From IMG/VR virus record IMGVR_UViG_3300035659_000016, positions 1 to 55,282 of that record: a stretch of DNA of 55,282 bases; one strand, 5' to 3'. The position numbers were made by a program, and so were the translations under genes. Source of the DNA: a virus (lineage: Duplodnaviria; Caudoviricetes). This document shows, in pieces, positions 10,639 through 20,283 of the stretch (the first letter of the stretch is position 1; each line of letters starts with the position of its first letter). The notes under the pieces were generated by a model that had not been told where the DNA came from, did not search any database, and saw only the letters and a program-made list of their open reading frames with translations.

Positions 10639-11160
10639 ATGGAACAACAACAGTTTGACACATTGACGGCGGGTAGCGGCGCCGTCTACGCTCCTTTCGC
10701 GGGAACGGGCCCGCACTACGAACTAGCCGCTATCACATTGGTGTGGGGAAAGGAGTACAACGACCAAATTCACGTCACCGTGCTGAACGGGGATGGCACG
10801 CCTGCGTTTAACGTTTGGGTGCGCCATAACTACGGGGATGAGGGAGGTCAGGAACGCTTCCCGTTCATGGGAGGGAAAGGCGTTGAGTTCAACTTGGGTC
10901 CAGGTAGTCATTATTCCAGACCTAAACCCCCGCCTGACCGTATCTTGATTGAAGGTGGAGCATCCGATGAGGTCTGGGTGGGCAATGGGGATATCATCGG
11001 TTTCACCCACATCCAATGCCAGATGACGTTCCAGATGGTCTCCACCGCACCCCAGCCTCCACCACCATCGGGAGACGCAGTCACACATGGGGAGTTCCGG
11101 GGCCTGCTAGTCAGCACGCTGGCTGACGTTCTAGCAAAGGAAGTAACATGCCATCACTAG
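10639..11160 (+). CDS. Hypothetical protein in lysis region (beta-rich domain plus Pro linker)
   Basis: GAGG RBS, 173 aa. Confidence 0.55.
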   Translation: MEQQQFDTLTAGSGAVYAPFAGTGPHYELAAITLVWGKEYNDQIHVTVLNGDGTPAFNVWVRHNYGDEGGQERFPFMGGKGVEFNLGPGSHYSRPKPPPDRILIEGGASDEVWVGNGDIIGFTHIQCQMTFQMVSTAPQPPPPSGDAVTHGEFRGLLVSTLADVLAKEVTCHH

Positions 11161-11945
11161 CGGGACTCACTTACACTGCCCACGGCCTACCTGTATACCA
11201 GGGACACGTCTTCGCCCGCCTGAAGGCGCCAGAGTACCACAGGTTACTCAAACCTTTGGGCCCTTACATCACCCCAGAGCAGAGAGCGTTGGCGGCGACC
11301 CTCACCAAAAAGGCGTGGGTGATGCCCAAGATCCTCGATCAGGACTGGAAAAAGCCCACGCCTCACTGTGTGGGCTTTGCCTGGGACGGGTGGGGGATCT
11401 GCGAGCCGATCTTCGATAACTGGGACAACCAGAAGGGTGACGACATCTATTACGCCTGTAAGGTGATAGATGGTGAGCCTGGAGCGGAGGACGGTTCCTT
11501 CACCGAGAGTGGGGCGAAGGTAATGCAGAGCTACGGTCGCCTGAAGGACTACGCCTTCGCGACCACGTGGGACGACATGGTGGTCTGGCTGTTGACTATG
11601 GGACCATTGGTGGTTGGTACCAACTGGTACACTGACATGATGCAGCCTGATGCCGACGGCGTTGTCCATGTCGGCGGATATTTTGTGGGTGGCCATGATT
11701 GGCTGGTCCGCGGGATAGACGTGGACATCGAGAAAGCCCTGGGCGCGCAGTCTTGGGATGATTGGGGACCGTTCCATGGCTTCTTTTCTATGTCGTTTGA
11801 AGACATGATCGGGCTGCAAAAAGATAACGGCGACGCGTGCACGGCTGCGGAACTACCACTGGTTCCCGAGCCACCCACACCGCCGCCACAGCCAGACGGG
11901 TGCAGGAAACTTATCGAGCGAACGTTTCGTTTAGGGAGGGGATGA
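11148..11945 (+). CDS. Papain-like (C1) cysteine peptidase
   Basis: ILDQ...HCVGFA (Gln/Cys), GGHDWL (His), QSWDDWG..G.F in place of NSWG..WG..GY. Confidence 0.75.
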   Translation: MPSLAGLTYTAHGLPVYQGHVFARLKAPEYHRLLKPLGPYITPEQRALAATLTKKAWVMPKILDQDWKKPTPHCVGFAWDGWGICEPIFDNWDNQKGDDIYYACKVIDGEPGAEDGSFTESGAKVMQSYGRLKDYAFATTWDDMVVWLLTMGPLVVGTNWYTDMMQPDADGVVHVGGYFVGGHDWLVRGIDVDIEKALGAQSWDDWGPFHGFFSMSFEDMIGLQKDNGDACTAAELPLVPEPPTPPPQPDGCRKLIERTFRLGRG

Positions 11946-13237
11946 TGTCAAGTAAACTATCGTTCCACATAAGCCGCGCGGACGGCTTTGATGACAAGAT
12001 TTTCGGACTACTTGAGCAGATGCAACCGAGTGTGGTCAAGGTCTTCGAAATGAACAGCGAGATGAACATAGACGAGATCCGACGGCGATGTCCCGGGACG
12101 CTAATCGTCTACCGGCAGTACACCGATCTGGGTCTGGACAGCACAGCCGATGCGTTCGTTGCCGAGATGGATGCCCAGGGCACTCTAGCCAAGCTGGGAA
12201 GGCGCGGCGTCATCTTCGAGGGTCTCAACGAACCGATCCTAAAGACCCTTGCTGATGCGCAGAAATGCAACAAGTGGTTTGCTCGGTTCGCCAAGATCCT
12301 GCACGATCGCGGGGAGAAGGTGGGTACATTCTCGTTCTCCACAAGTAACCCGCCCCCCGCACTTGTGCCTGCACTCGCGGAGGCGGCTGCTATGGCCGAC
12401 TACCACACGTTACACGAGTACAAGGATCCCGTCTACGGCGGCGGGTTGCTGGGCTACCGCGCTTTCTGGGCTGCAATGCCGGCGTACGCACGGAGACCCA
12501 TCATCATCACTGAGGGACCCGGGATAGACGATGGCGGCAACAACGGGTGGCTGAAGTACCTTACGGTAGAGCAGTATATGGCCCTCATAGCCGCTTACGA
12601 CGCCGAGGCACTCAGGAATGACTATATGCTAGGGGCGACTCAGTTTCAGTACGGCCCAGGCGCGCCCTTCGGAAGCTTCAATGTCATGTCTATCGGTCGG
12701 CAGATCGCTGACTATGTAGTCCGATCCGGTGGTGGCTGGCATGTACCGGTGTTTGTGCCTAACCCTATCCCACCCAAACCCCCGACTCCTCCCGGAGGAG
12801 TGCAGATGGACAACGGCCCTGTGATTGCGCTGCTCCAGGACTTGGAAAAGTTCAGTCCAAAACCCTACAAAGAGCCAAATGGAACTTGGAGCATTGGATA
12901 TGGTCATAACGGAGTCACTGCTGACCATTTCCCGATCACAATAGATGAAGCTTTGGCACAACTCCGAGAAGATGTCAAACCACGTGGACAAGCAGTTGCC
13001 ACTAACGTGAAGGTGAAGCTGACGCTGGAGCAGTACACAGCGCTAGTATCGCTCACGTATAACATCGGTATCGGAGCGTTCAAGGGATCGGAGCTATTGA
13101 TCAAACTCAATCGATCTGACTACGCCGGCGCCGCCGCTGAGTTCGACCGGTGGGTGCATGGTGGTGTGCCTCTGGTCGTACTGCCGGGGCTCGTCTCTCG
13201 CAGAGCACGAGAAAAGAAGCTGTTCTGTACTACGTAA
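11942..13237 (+). CDS. Endolysin: GH-A clan TIM-barrel glycosidase plus C-terminal GH24 lysozyme
   Basis: LNEP / LHEY / IIITE catalytic-type motifs; Pro linker; LE...PY....G.WSIGYGH, ALVSLTYNIG, GLVSRRARE. Confidence 0.85.
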   Translation: MMSSKLSFHISRADGFDDKIFGLLEQMQPSVVKVFEMNSEMNIDEIRRRCPGTLIVYRQYTDLGLDSTADAFVAEMDAQGTLAKLGRRGVIFEGLNEPILKTLADAQKCNKWFARFAKILHDRGEKVGTFSFSTSNPPPALVPALAEAAAMADYHTLHEYKDPVYGGGLLGYRAFWAAMPAYARRPIIITEGPGIDDGGNNGWLKYLTVEQYMALIAAYDAEALRNDYMLGATQFQYGPGAPFGSFNVMSIGRQIADYVVRSGGGWHVPVFVPNPIPPKPPTPPGGVQMDNGPVIALLQDLEKFSPKPYKEPNGTWSIGYGHNGVTADHFPITIDEALAQLREDVKPRGQAVATNVKVKLTLEQYTALVSLTYNIGIGAFKGSELLIKLNRSDYAGAAAEFDRWVHGGVPLVVLPGLVSRRAREKKLFCTT

Positions 13238-13307
13238 CTCGAAGGGTCGCCGTAGGGTGTCTACGGCGCTCGAATCAGTCCTGAAGAGGACAGAAAGGAT
13301 GTGTAAG

Positions 13308-13820
13308 ATGAAGTGGAGGATTTTGGTACGTGTGCTTGCACTCGTTGCGATTTCGTCCCTACTGTTTGCGACGAGTGCACTGGCGGGGTCGGTGCTACTG
13401 CAGGGGCCCTCGCCAGCAGCCGATCTGGGTGCACTGTTGGCCCAGTTAGCAGGGCTAGTGGGCATTACCTCCTTTATCGCGATGCTCGTCAACGCGGGGA
13501 AGGCTTTTGGGCTCGTAACAGATGACTGGGGAGGGATCATCACTACGGGGCTCGACACGATCGCGCTCGTCGGTTTGTGGGTGCTCAACATACTACGGCC
13601 CGAATGGATCGCCAAGATAGACAGTGTGGCGGCCGTTCTGGCGCAACTGGGCATCTACCTAATCACGCTGATCGTCGCGATTGGGGTTAGCAAGTTCACA
13701 CACGCCGTGTTGCGTGGCTTCCCGGTCATTGGCTACTCGTACAGTTACATCAGACGAAAACAACTGTCAGCAGCGTGCTCGGTCGATATGCCACCTGCGA
13801 ACAAGCCTACCTGTAAGTAA
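13308..13820 (+). CDS. Holin-like multi-TM protein with signal-peptide-like N-terminus
   Basis: Three to four hydrophobic segments, basic C-terminal region, follows lysin. Confidence 0.6.
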   Translation: MKWRILVRVLALVAISSLLFATSALAGSVLLQGPSPAADLGALLAQLAGLVGITSFIAMLVNAGKAFGLVTDDWGGIITTGLDTIALVGLWVLNILRPEWIAKIDSVAAVLAQLGIYLITLIVAIGVSKFTHAVLRGFPVIGYSYSYIRRKQLSAACSVDMPPANKPTCK

Positions 13821-13911
13821 GGGAGAGTGTTCACGGGGCGACCTTCACCTTCGGCAAGTGTTGGAGACCCCGCCTCCTTTCGGGGCCCCCTCTTAGTTGC
13901 GCACCTCGCGG

Positions 13912-14349
13912 CTAGGAGGGGGTTTCCTTCTGGAACGGGACCGTCTTGGTTTTGAAGCACAGGTAGTAGAGGAGGTGGCGCGTCGCGTCTAGAGCGTGCT
14001 TGCCACGCACAGAGGGTGCATAGCGCCGCACACGCCCCCGGTAGGAGAAGAAGGCCCGTTGGTTGGCTGGCTGTTCGACTAGTACTAGATGGTGTTGCGC
14101 GCACTCGTGGCGAATGACTCCGATGACCTCGACAGTGCGGAAAGAGGACCCAATCTGTGACGTAGCTTTATGTGGGTACAAGGCAAAACTCTCCACGACG
14201 ACAACGGAGGGGTGGTAGTGCCGTAGCAGCCAAACAACGCGACTGGACAGCGAAAACTCCCCAAAGCCCCGCACAGTACCCTTTAGAGTCATAGCACAGT
14301 AGCCAGTTGTCTCACCAGGATCGAACGACAGGATCACTTTTTGTCGCAT
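13912..14349 (-). CDS. RuvC-like Holliday junction resolvase (RNase H fold)
   Basis: ILSFDPGETTGY, VVVESF, HALDA. Confidence 0.75.
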   Translation of the reverse strand: MRQKVILSFDPGETTGYCAMTLKGTVRGFGEFSLSSRVVWLLRHYHPSVVVVESFALYPHKATSQIGSSFRTVEVIGVIRHECAQHHLVLVEQPANQRAFFSYRGRVRRYAPSVRGKHALDATRHLLYYLCFKTKTVPFQKETPS

Positions 14350-14624
14350 AGGAATCTCCCTAGGCGTCTAGCCGTGGACAACCACGACTCACGTTTTGTT
14401 GCATCAGGCACCACCACCGTAGGTGGCTTCGAAGGCACGATGTGCCAGCGCCCAGTATCGGGGTCGTACACGGACTTGAGTGGGTGCCGTAGTAGGTAAT
14501 TGACCATCGCCTCCCCCCATCGCACCTTAGTCACCTCGACCCTCTCGTCTATGTATGTGTATGGCTCGTTCACGACACACCTCTCTATACTTAATACGGC
14601 CAAGTGCGTAGGTTGACTATCCAA
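14334..14624 (-). CDS. Hypothetical protein (true start probably internal)
   Basis: Tiles between neighbours on the - strand. Confidence 0.4.
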   Translation of the reverse strand: MDSQPTHLAVLSIERCVVNEPYTYIDERVEVTKVRWGEAMVNYLLRHPLKSVYDPDTGRWHIVPSKPPTVVVPDATKRESWLSTARRLGRFLCDKK

Positions 14625-14770
14625 TACCTAGTCTCTTTGTCATAGAGCTCCGGCACGATGAAGAAGTCCGGATAGTCGCGAATGTTGCGATCATCCTGAA
14701 GCTGACATTCGACATCACCGTAGGTGGCTTCGATGGACTGTAATTCCTTGATAAGCACACTCAGTTTCAT
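14591..14770 (-). CDS. Small hypothetical protein MKLSVLIKELQ...
   Basis: ATGA overlap with polymerase stop; common phage MK.SELI..L start. Confidence 0.55.
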   Translation of the reverse strand: MKLSVLIKELQSIEATYGDVECQLQDDRNIRDYPDFFIVPELYDKETRYWIVNLRTWPY

Positions 14771-17145
14771 TTCCTCGTCTCCTTTAGCGAACCCCAACGG
14801 TGTCCGTAGCTGAGGTCCACTTCCCATCGCACAGAACTCCCCAGGGCCATCATGCCCGCGTCGACCATGATCTCCTCCAGTAGGCTCAGCCCTCGACCCT
14901 TCATAGCCTTGGGTACTTCGACCAGGATCGAGTCGTGCACGCTCAACAACAAGTGGCCACCCAACTGGCGAATGGGTTTGGCTAGGCGAATCAACGCCGC
15001 ACTCGTGATGTCGGCAGCAGTGCTTTGAATGCGGAAGTTGATGGCTTGATTACGCCACTCCTTAGCCGAGTCGTAGGTGATCAATCCAAAGCGGCGCCGT
15101 CGGTGGAAAATGGTTTCCAGATAGCCCTTGCTAAACGCTTCCTTTACGGTCTCCTGTTGCCACTCCCTGCACTTAGGCATACGCCTAAAGAAGACGTCGA
15201 CGAAGGACTGGGCCTGCTCGACACTACACTTCAGTTGCAGGGATAGTGAGTAAGCGGTGCGTCCGTAGGCCAAGCCAAAGACTACCATTTTAGCGGCGAT
15301 GCGGTCCTCCTTGGTAAAGTTGTCACCGAACATCATGCGCGCCACTTCGCTATGAATATCCGAACCAGGTTTGCGAAAGATTTCGCGGAGTGTTTCGTCA
15401 CCGCTGTAATAGGCTAGCACACGGAGTTCCGCGCTACGATAGTCCCCCTGTAGCAATACATGGCCCGGCGACGCGACGAAGGCGTCCTTGACGGCTTTGC
15501 CCTCGGGCTCGTTGGAACGAGGGATGTTTAGCAAGTTGGGCCTGTGCGACGAAAGTCGCCCCGTGATAGTTCCGTGTACCAAGAAGTCCGTGTGGATGCG
15601 ACCGTCGCGGTGCGAGAGTTCTAGAAGGGCATCAATGTAGGTCCGTTTCAGTTTGGACAACTTACGGTGGTTCAGTAAGGCTTCCATGAGCTGATCGGGA
15701 CGTAGGTCGTGCAACTTGACCAAGGCTTCTTCGTTGGTCGTCACCTTCCCCGTCTTGGCATACTGCACAGGGTAGCCCCTCTTTGTGTAAAGCTCATTGG
15801 CGACCTGCATCGGCGAATTGGGATTGAAGTCGGCATCGTCGGTCAGGCGACCCAAGGCGCCCCGCAGGCTCTCGAGTTCGGCGGACCACTCCTTCTGTAT
15901 GTGGCGGCAATGACGTTGGTCAATAGCCACTCCGTGGGCTTCGCACTCGGAGAGCACTTGTTGCAAAGGCATCAGCGTGTCCTCGAAGAGAGTCCGGCGA
16001 CCAGGGTCGTGTGCTAGTTCGGCTTCCAGGGTGTGATACAAGCGCATCGTGTAGTCCGCGTCGTACGCGGAGTACTTGGCCAGCTCCTCGCGTGGCACAC
16101 CAGCGAACGAGTCACTCTTGCGTGCCAAGTACTTGAAGATATTGGCTTCATAGTCTGGTGCTTGGTAGTACTGCGCGGCGAGCTGCTTGAGGCTGTGTGT
16201 GCCAGTACGCTCGTCCAAGGCGTAGTGTGCAAGCAACGTGTCGAAGGTCAGATGTCCCTCGACTCCCCACTGCTGACGCAGAAAGCGCAGGTCGAACTTG
16301 GCACTGTGTCCGATCAACTTCAGGTTGGGGGTGTCTAGCAACTTTTGTAAGGCCACGCGGGCCTCCTCGAACTCGTAGAACAACTCCGCGTCGAAGACGC
16401 ATGCATGTTTGGGCCCGTTAGACAGGGCTAGCAACAGGATCGCATCGAGTGCCGCGTCATAGCCCGTCGTCTCGATATCCAAAACCAAATTGGTCGAGGT
16501 CGCTAAGTTGCGGAGCACACTGAGGGCCACTTCGCGGTTCGCGAGACCATAGCGATACACCTTCGTTCCCGGGACCTTTGGGTCGGGCTGCAGGTTGGGG
16601 CGCATCGCCAACTCTAGGTCGTGGCGGAATTCCGGAAACGCATTGTACTGGCGTAGTACATAGGCGGGGTGGTAGCACGGGATGAGCAAAACCAGTCCCT
16701 GCTTTAGGACGTGGCCGTGGCGCTTAGTGATGGTAGCTTCGCCGGGACTGAAAACCCTAGTCGGAACCGAGCCCAAGGCGACGACGCGGTTGATGGAGTG
16801 GCAGCGCAGCTCCGCTGCCAGCCGCTGTCGACAGCACACGATCTCCAAGGCCTCGGGAGCTCTGAAGTGCCCCGTCGGGTCGGTCGGATAACACAACACG
16901 GTGTTAGTGATCCACAGGGGCTCCTCGGCTGCCCCTACTTGAGCCAGAGTCGCTTTCAGAAGACGCCCACTTTGTCCCACGAACGGCTCGCCCTTACGAG
17001 CCTCCTCCGGTCCCGGGGCTTCACCAACGAGTGCGGCGAACTCCCCCTCGCTTCCTGCCGTAGGTCCCCAATGTTTACCCGGCACGAAGGGTGCATCCTT
17101 CAGGGGGCAGCTGTCACATTGGGCTTCAGGGGCTTTGGGATTCAT
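14767..17145 (-). CDS. polA: Family A DNA polymerase with N-terminal family-4 uracil-DNA glycosylase and 3'-5' exonuclease
   Basis: UDG: CxxCPL, VGEAPG, PFVGQSG, TNTVLC, YHPAYVLR; Exo: DIETTG, HSAKFD, YSAYD; Pol motifs A DYRSAELR, B RIAAKMVVFGLAYG, C VHDS. Confidence 0.95.
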   Translation of the reverse strand: MNPKAPEAQCDSCPLKDAPFVPGKHWGPTAGSEGEFAALVGEAPGPEEARKGEPFVGQSGRLLKATLAQVGAAEEPLWITNTVLCYPTDPTGHFRAPEALEIVCCRQRLAAELRCHSINRVVALGSVPTRVFSPGEATITKRHGHVLKQGLVLLIPCYHPAYVLRQYNAFPEFRHDLELAMRPNLQPDPKVPGTKVYRYGLANREVALSVLRNLATSTNLVLDIETTGYDAALDAILLLALSNGPKHACVFDAELFYEFEEARVALQKLLDTPNLKLIGHSAKFDLRFLRQQWGVEGHLTFDTLLAHYALDERTGTHSLKQLAAQYYQAPDYEANIFKYLARKSDSFAGVPREELAKYSAYDADYTMRLYHTLEAELAHDPGRRTLFEDTLMPLQQVLSECEAHGVAIDQRHCRHIQKEWSAELESLRGALGRLTDDADFNPNSPMQVANELYTKRGYPVQYAKTGKVTTNEEALVKLHDLRPDQLMEALLNHRKLSKLKRTYIDALLELSHRDGRIHTDFLVHGTITGRLSSHRPNLLNIPRSNEPEGKAVKDAFVASPGHVLLQGDYRSAELRVLAYYSGDETLREIFRKPGSDIHSEVARMMFGDNFTKEDRIAAKMVVFGLAYGRTAYSLSLQLKCSVEQAQSFVDVFFRRMPKCREWQQETVKEAFSKGYLETIFHRRRRFGLITYDSAKEWRNQAINFRIQSTAADITSAALIRLAKPIRQLGGHLLLSVHDSILVEVPKAMKGRGLSLLEEIMVDAGMMALGSSVRWEVDLSYGHRWGSLKETRK

Positions 17146-17359
17146 TGACGACTCCAACAAGCGTAGCCAGCAACACCATCCCCAAGACGGGAAGGGTGAT
17201 GGGCCAAAAGAACGATACGGCCCAGGCGCCTAACTGTCGAGGGCCTGTCGGCTCTTTGGGGGCTAGGAGCACATAAAGCCCCAGAACTCCTGTAGCGTAG
17301 TACAGACCAAATACCATATACAGCCCCACGATGGCCCAATTGGCATCAGCCATTAACAT
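17126..17359 (-). CDS. Small two-TM membrane protein
   Basis: Two hydrophobic stretches with FFWP; GGAG RBS. Confidence 0.55.
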   Translation of the reverse strand: MLMADANWAIVGLYMVFGLYYATGVLGLYVLLAPKEPTGPRQLGAWAVSFFWPITLPVLGMVLLATLVGVVNESQSP

Positions 17360-18156
17360 TTGCCTAACTCCTTTGGGATCTCTCCCTGTGCCCATGCAAT
17401 GGCACAATCCATATTCCACCTGAGGGCCCGCTCCACGTGGCCCGTGGGTGACGCGTCGTCAAAGTTCAAGTGCTGTTGCGGTCGAGTCTGAGGGTCCAGA
17501 AGGCCCTTGGCTGGGTCTAGAAAGATCCCCGCCAAGGCGAGACGGTAGAAGATCTTGCTGTCCACCCCCTTTACGAAACGACTTAGAACGGGATTGCGGG
17601 CAATCTCCAGAACCTCCAACGGGTTGTCCCAGATACCCAGTAGGTGCATAGGGCGTCTCTGAGGGTCCGCGTCTAGAATCTGGCGCACGGCTTCGAGGCG
17701 CCCTCCTTGGTTCTTGAAGAGGCTCGAGGTCACCTTTGGTACAGCCCAGTAGTGAAACTCTTCTTTGCATAGGTGCGTCACGCAACGCCGCCAATTCTGT
17801 GGCGTGTCGCCTTGTGGCGCAACGGCCAACTCTCCCGGCCACTGCTCGGTCAGCCAGGGTAGCGTCTCGTGGGCCCGTTCAATCGTGCGTGCACTGTCTT
17901 GGAAGACATCGGGGACCACAATAACCTTGGCATGTACTAGCTTGGCGATACCGACGAGGGTCTCTTTTTCCACCACCTCCCCCTCCCACGCACCGTTGTC
18001 TAGGAAGATCTCTTCGTGCAATGCTCCGCGTGTGCGGTAGTAGTCAGCATACTGGTGACTCCGCAGCGCCTGTGGTGCTAGTACTAGATGGTACCCTGTG
18101 TTGACAAACTTACCACTTAGCAAGACCGACGTGGGAAGTATAAAGGCTGTCTTCAT
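17353..18156 (-). CDS. dpdA: TGT-fold (DpdA-like) deazaguanine DNA transglycosylase
   Basis: FLDNGAWE, VPDV, APQG, HLLG, GVDS in TGT/DpdA order; clustered with folE/queE/queD/queC. Confidence 0.7.
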   Translation of the reverse strand: MKTAFILPTSVLLSGKFVNTGYHLVLAPQALRSHQYADYYRTRGALHEEIFLDNGAWEGEVVEKETLVGIAKLVHAKVIVVPDVFQDSARTIERAHETLPWLTEQWPGELAVAPQGDTPQNWRRCVTHLCKEEFHYWAVPKVTSSLFKNQGGRLEAVRQILDADPQRRPMHLLGIWDNPLEVLEIARNPVLSRFVKGVDSKIFYRLALAGIFLDPAKGLLDPQTRPQQHLNFDDASPTGHVERALRWNMDCAIAWAQGEIPKELGKC

Positions 18157-18476
18157 GTGTGCACCTTGACTTCCCCCGGAACGCTACGTGGGAGGGGGCG
18201 GTTGTTTAACCACTCTTCAAGACGACGATCGGCCTCGGCTGCAGCAGCTGCAGCTGCGTCCATGGCACGTAGTTTCAAATAGCGCTCTAGGTACCATATC
18301 GCCTTGCGAATGTCTTCTGTGGGGTCGGGTGTCTTGCGACCCGCGCGGCAGATATACTGCACCGCGAGGGCCAAGTGGAACGAGAGTTCCTGGTCCTCGA
18401 CAAAGTCAATGACTGGAATTTTTCCCACGTTGTAGTGCTTGGGGTGGGTTACGGGATCGTGTCCTGCTATCATCAT
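18153..18476 (-). CDS. DUF3310 protein (T7 gp1.7 nucleotide-kinase-like)
   Basis: DPVTHPKHY, YICRAGRK, EDIRKAIWYL. Confidence 0.85.
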   Translation of the reverse strand: MMIAGHDPVTHPKHYNVGKIPVIDFVEDQELSFHLALAVQYICRAGRKTPDPTEDIRKAIWYLERYLKLRAMDAAAAAAAEADRRLEEWLNNRPLPRSVPGEVKVHT

Positions 18477-19072
18477 ACTCTATTCTCCGTGTGGCGGAAG
18501 AATTCCGCACGTGCACTCTCGGAGGCTAGGAACACTCCAGCGAGAGCACTAGTTGTTGTGACGGCGCCGGGTTTCTCGACACCGCGCATCTCCATGCAAA
18601 GGTGACGGGCGACTAGAACAACCCCGGCACCCATGGGCTCTAGCTCAGCCACTACGCGTTCCAAAACACGCTGGGTGATGACCTCTTGAGAAGACAAGGT
18701 CCGAGCGTAGTAGTCCACTGTGCGTGCCAACTTACTCAGCCCCGCGAGCCAACGCGTGGGCAAGTAGGCTACGTGGGCTATCCCAAAGAAAGGAATGACG
18801 TGATGTGCACACAGCGAGTAGAAGGGAATGTTGGCCACGACGACCATCTGGTCGACGCGGGGGTTTTCGTTAGCGAACTTGGTAAAGGTGAAAACTTCGC
18901 CCACGCTGAGCTCCGTCACCATCATCTCCGCCCAACGCTTTGGAGTGTCGCATAGCGTCTCCGAGTCCGTGTTGTACCCCAAGGTTGTTAGAATACTTGC
19001 CATGTGCTTTTGGAGCTCTGCGACGCGTGTCTCAGCTACGGCACGACATTGGTACTGAACGGTACTACTCAT
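18473..19072 (-). CDS. folE: GTP cyclohydrolase I
   Basis: TPKR, SLCAHH..PFFG (CEHH variant), GLSKLAR, QE, HLCMEMRG. Confidence 0.95.
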   Translation of the reverse strand: MSSTVQYQCRAVAETRVAELQKHMASILTTLGYNTDSETLCDTPKRWAEMMVTELSVGEVFTFTKFANENPRVDQMVVVANIPFYSLCAHHVIPFFGIAHVAYLPTRWLAGLSKLARTVDYYARTLSSQEVITQRVLERVVAELEPMGAGVVLVARHLCMEMRGVEKPGAVTTTSALAGVFLASESARAEFFRHTENRV

Positions 19073-19797
19073 ACTAACCTCACTTTCGGTCCGTGAATTA
19101 GTGCATGTAGCTGTGGCAACACACGCACGTTGTAGCCCGTCAGGCTAGTCGCCAGGCTCTCTAACCAAAGCAGTGCAGCGCGGTACGTCGGAACGCCGGC
19201 AGTCAGAAGGCGACCATCGGGTTGTAGGATGATTGTATTCTCTAGTGGGTTCGGCAGCATCGGCGACTGGAGCAGCTCACGTAGCACCATCCAATCGGTC
19301 ACATCGGTAACGACGAACTTGAGTTGCACATCGCAGGGCTCCCACCGATGGCAGAACTTGGCAATGACGTCTGTGTTCAGAGAACCACTTTGGGCCCCAG
19401 GCAACTTGGGCGACAGACTCCACAGGACCCGCCTCGGTGAACGCACCCCCAGGTCTTTGTCACCTAGATAGTTTGTGGCGTTGGTTTCGATAGTCACGAA
19501 GGTGCCTGTGTGTACCAACAGGTTGGTTAGGAGAGGCAGTTCGGGTTGGAGTGTTGGCTCGCCCCCGGTAAGGATGACAGGCAAGTCGAAAGTCAGCAAC
19601 TCGTTCGCCAGCGCCCCCGCGGGGACGTCCAAGACCTTGGGACCCCCAAAGGCTTCGCGGAAGAAGGGGTTAATGGCGTACTGCGTGTCACACCAGACGC
19701 AGTCTAGGTTGCAGCCGAAGAAGCGGCACAGCACTGACGCTTCGCCGATGCGCACGCCCTCGCCCTGAAAACATTTATAGACTTCGAGTACTTTCAT
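19069..19797 (-). CDS. queE: 7-carboxy-7-deazaguanine synthase (radical SAM)
   Basis: FQGEG...G, CNLDCVWCDT, LTGGEP, IETN, SLSPK, PQLH. Confidence 0.95.
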   Translation of the reverse strand: MKVLEVYKCFQGEGVRIGEASVLCRFFGCNLDCVWCDTQYAINPFFREAFGGPKVLDVPAGALANELLTFDLPVILTGGEPTLQPELPLLTNLLVHTGTFVTIETNATNYLGDKDLGVRSPRRVLWSLSPKLPGAQSGSLNTDVIAKFCHRWEPCDVQLKFVVTDVTDWMVLRELLQSPMLPNPLENTIILQPDGRLLTAGVPTYRAALLWLESLATSLTGYNVRVLPQLHALIHGPKVRLV

Positions 19798-19809
19798 CTT
19801 CTATGCTCC

Positions 19810-20283
19810 TTAACCGTGGGGATAAGAGAACGGCTTGGGCTCGGGTTCGTACGCGGCCATTGAAGATCCGGTTTCCCAGACCTCCACACGATTGACCATC
19901 GGCAGTTGCGGCGCAAGCTGTGCGTAGAACCAAGCTGCCAGTTCTTCTGCCGTAGTGTCCACGACGTCCAGTACCGCACACCACACTTCCGGCAACGTCA
20001 CCGGACAGTTGCTGGGGCCACCGAATAGCACGGAGTCCAACACAGCCACCGTATCACAGTAGTGCCGTGCTAGTAGCACCTTGTGGTCCACCCCCACAAG
20101 TATCGAAGCCATGTAGTGTGCCAAGTCCACAAAGTCCATTACCATGCTTTGGTCGTTTAACACCTGCGCGTGAAGATAAACGACTACTTCGTAGTTGTGC
20201 CCGTGAAGGCGGTTGCACTTTCCAAGGTGGTTGGGCAGAATGTGCGCCGCTTCGAAGGTGAAGCTCTTACTTACGTGCCACAT
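19810..20283 (-). CDS. queD: 6-carboxy-tetrahydropterin synthase
   Basis: FEAAH, CNRLHGHNY, MDF, DHK, TAEELA, VWET; RBS AGGAG. Confidence 0.95.
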   Translation of the reverse strand: MWHVSKSFTFEAAHILPNHLGKCNRLHGHNYEVVVYLHAQVLNDQSMVMDFVDLAHYMASILVGVDHKVLLARHYCDTVAVLDSVLFGGPSNCPVTLPEVWCAVLDVVDTTAEELAAWFYAQLAPQLPMVNRVEVWETGSSMAAYEPEPKPFSYPHG

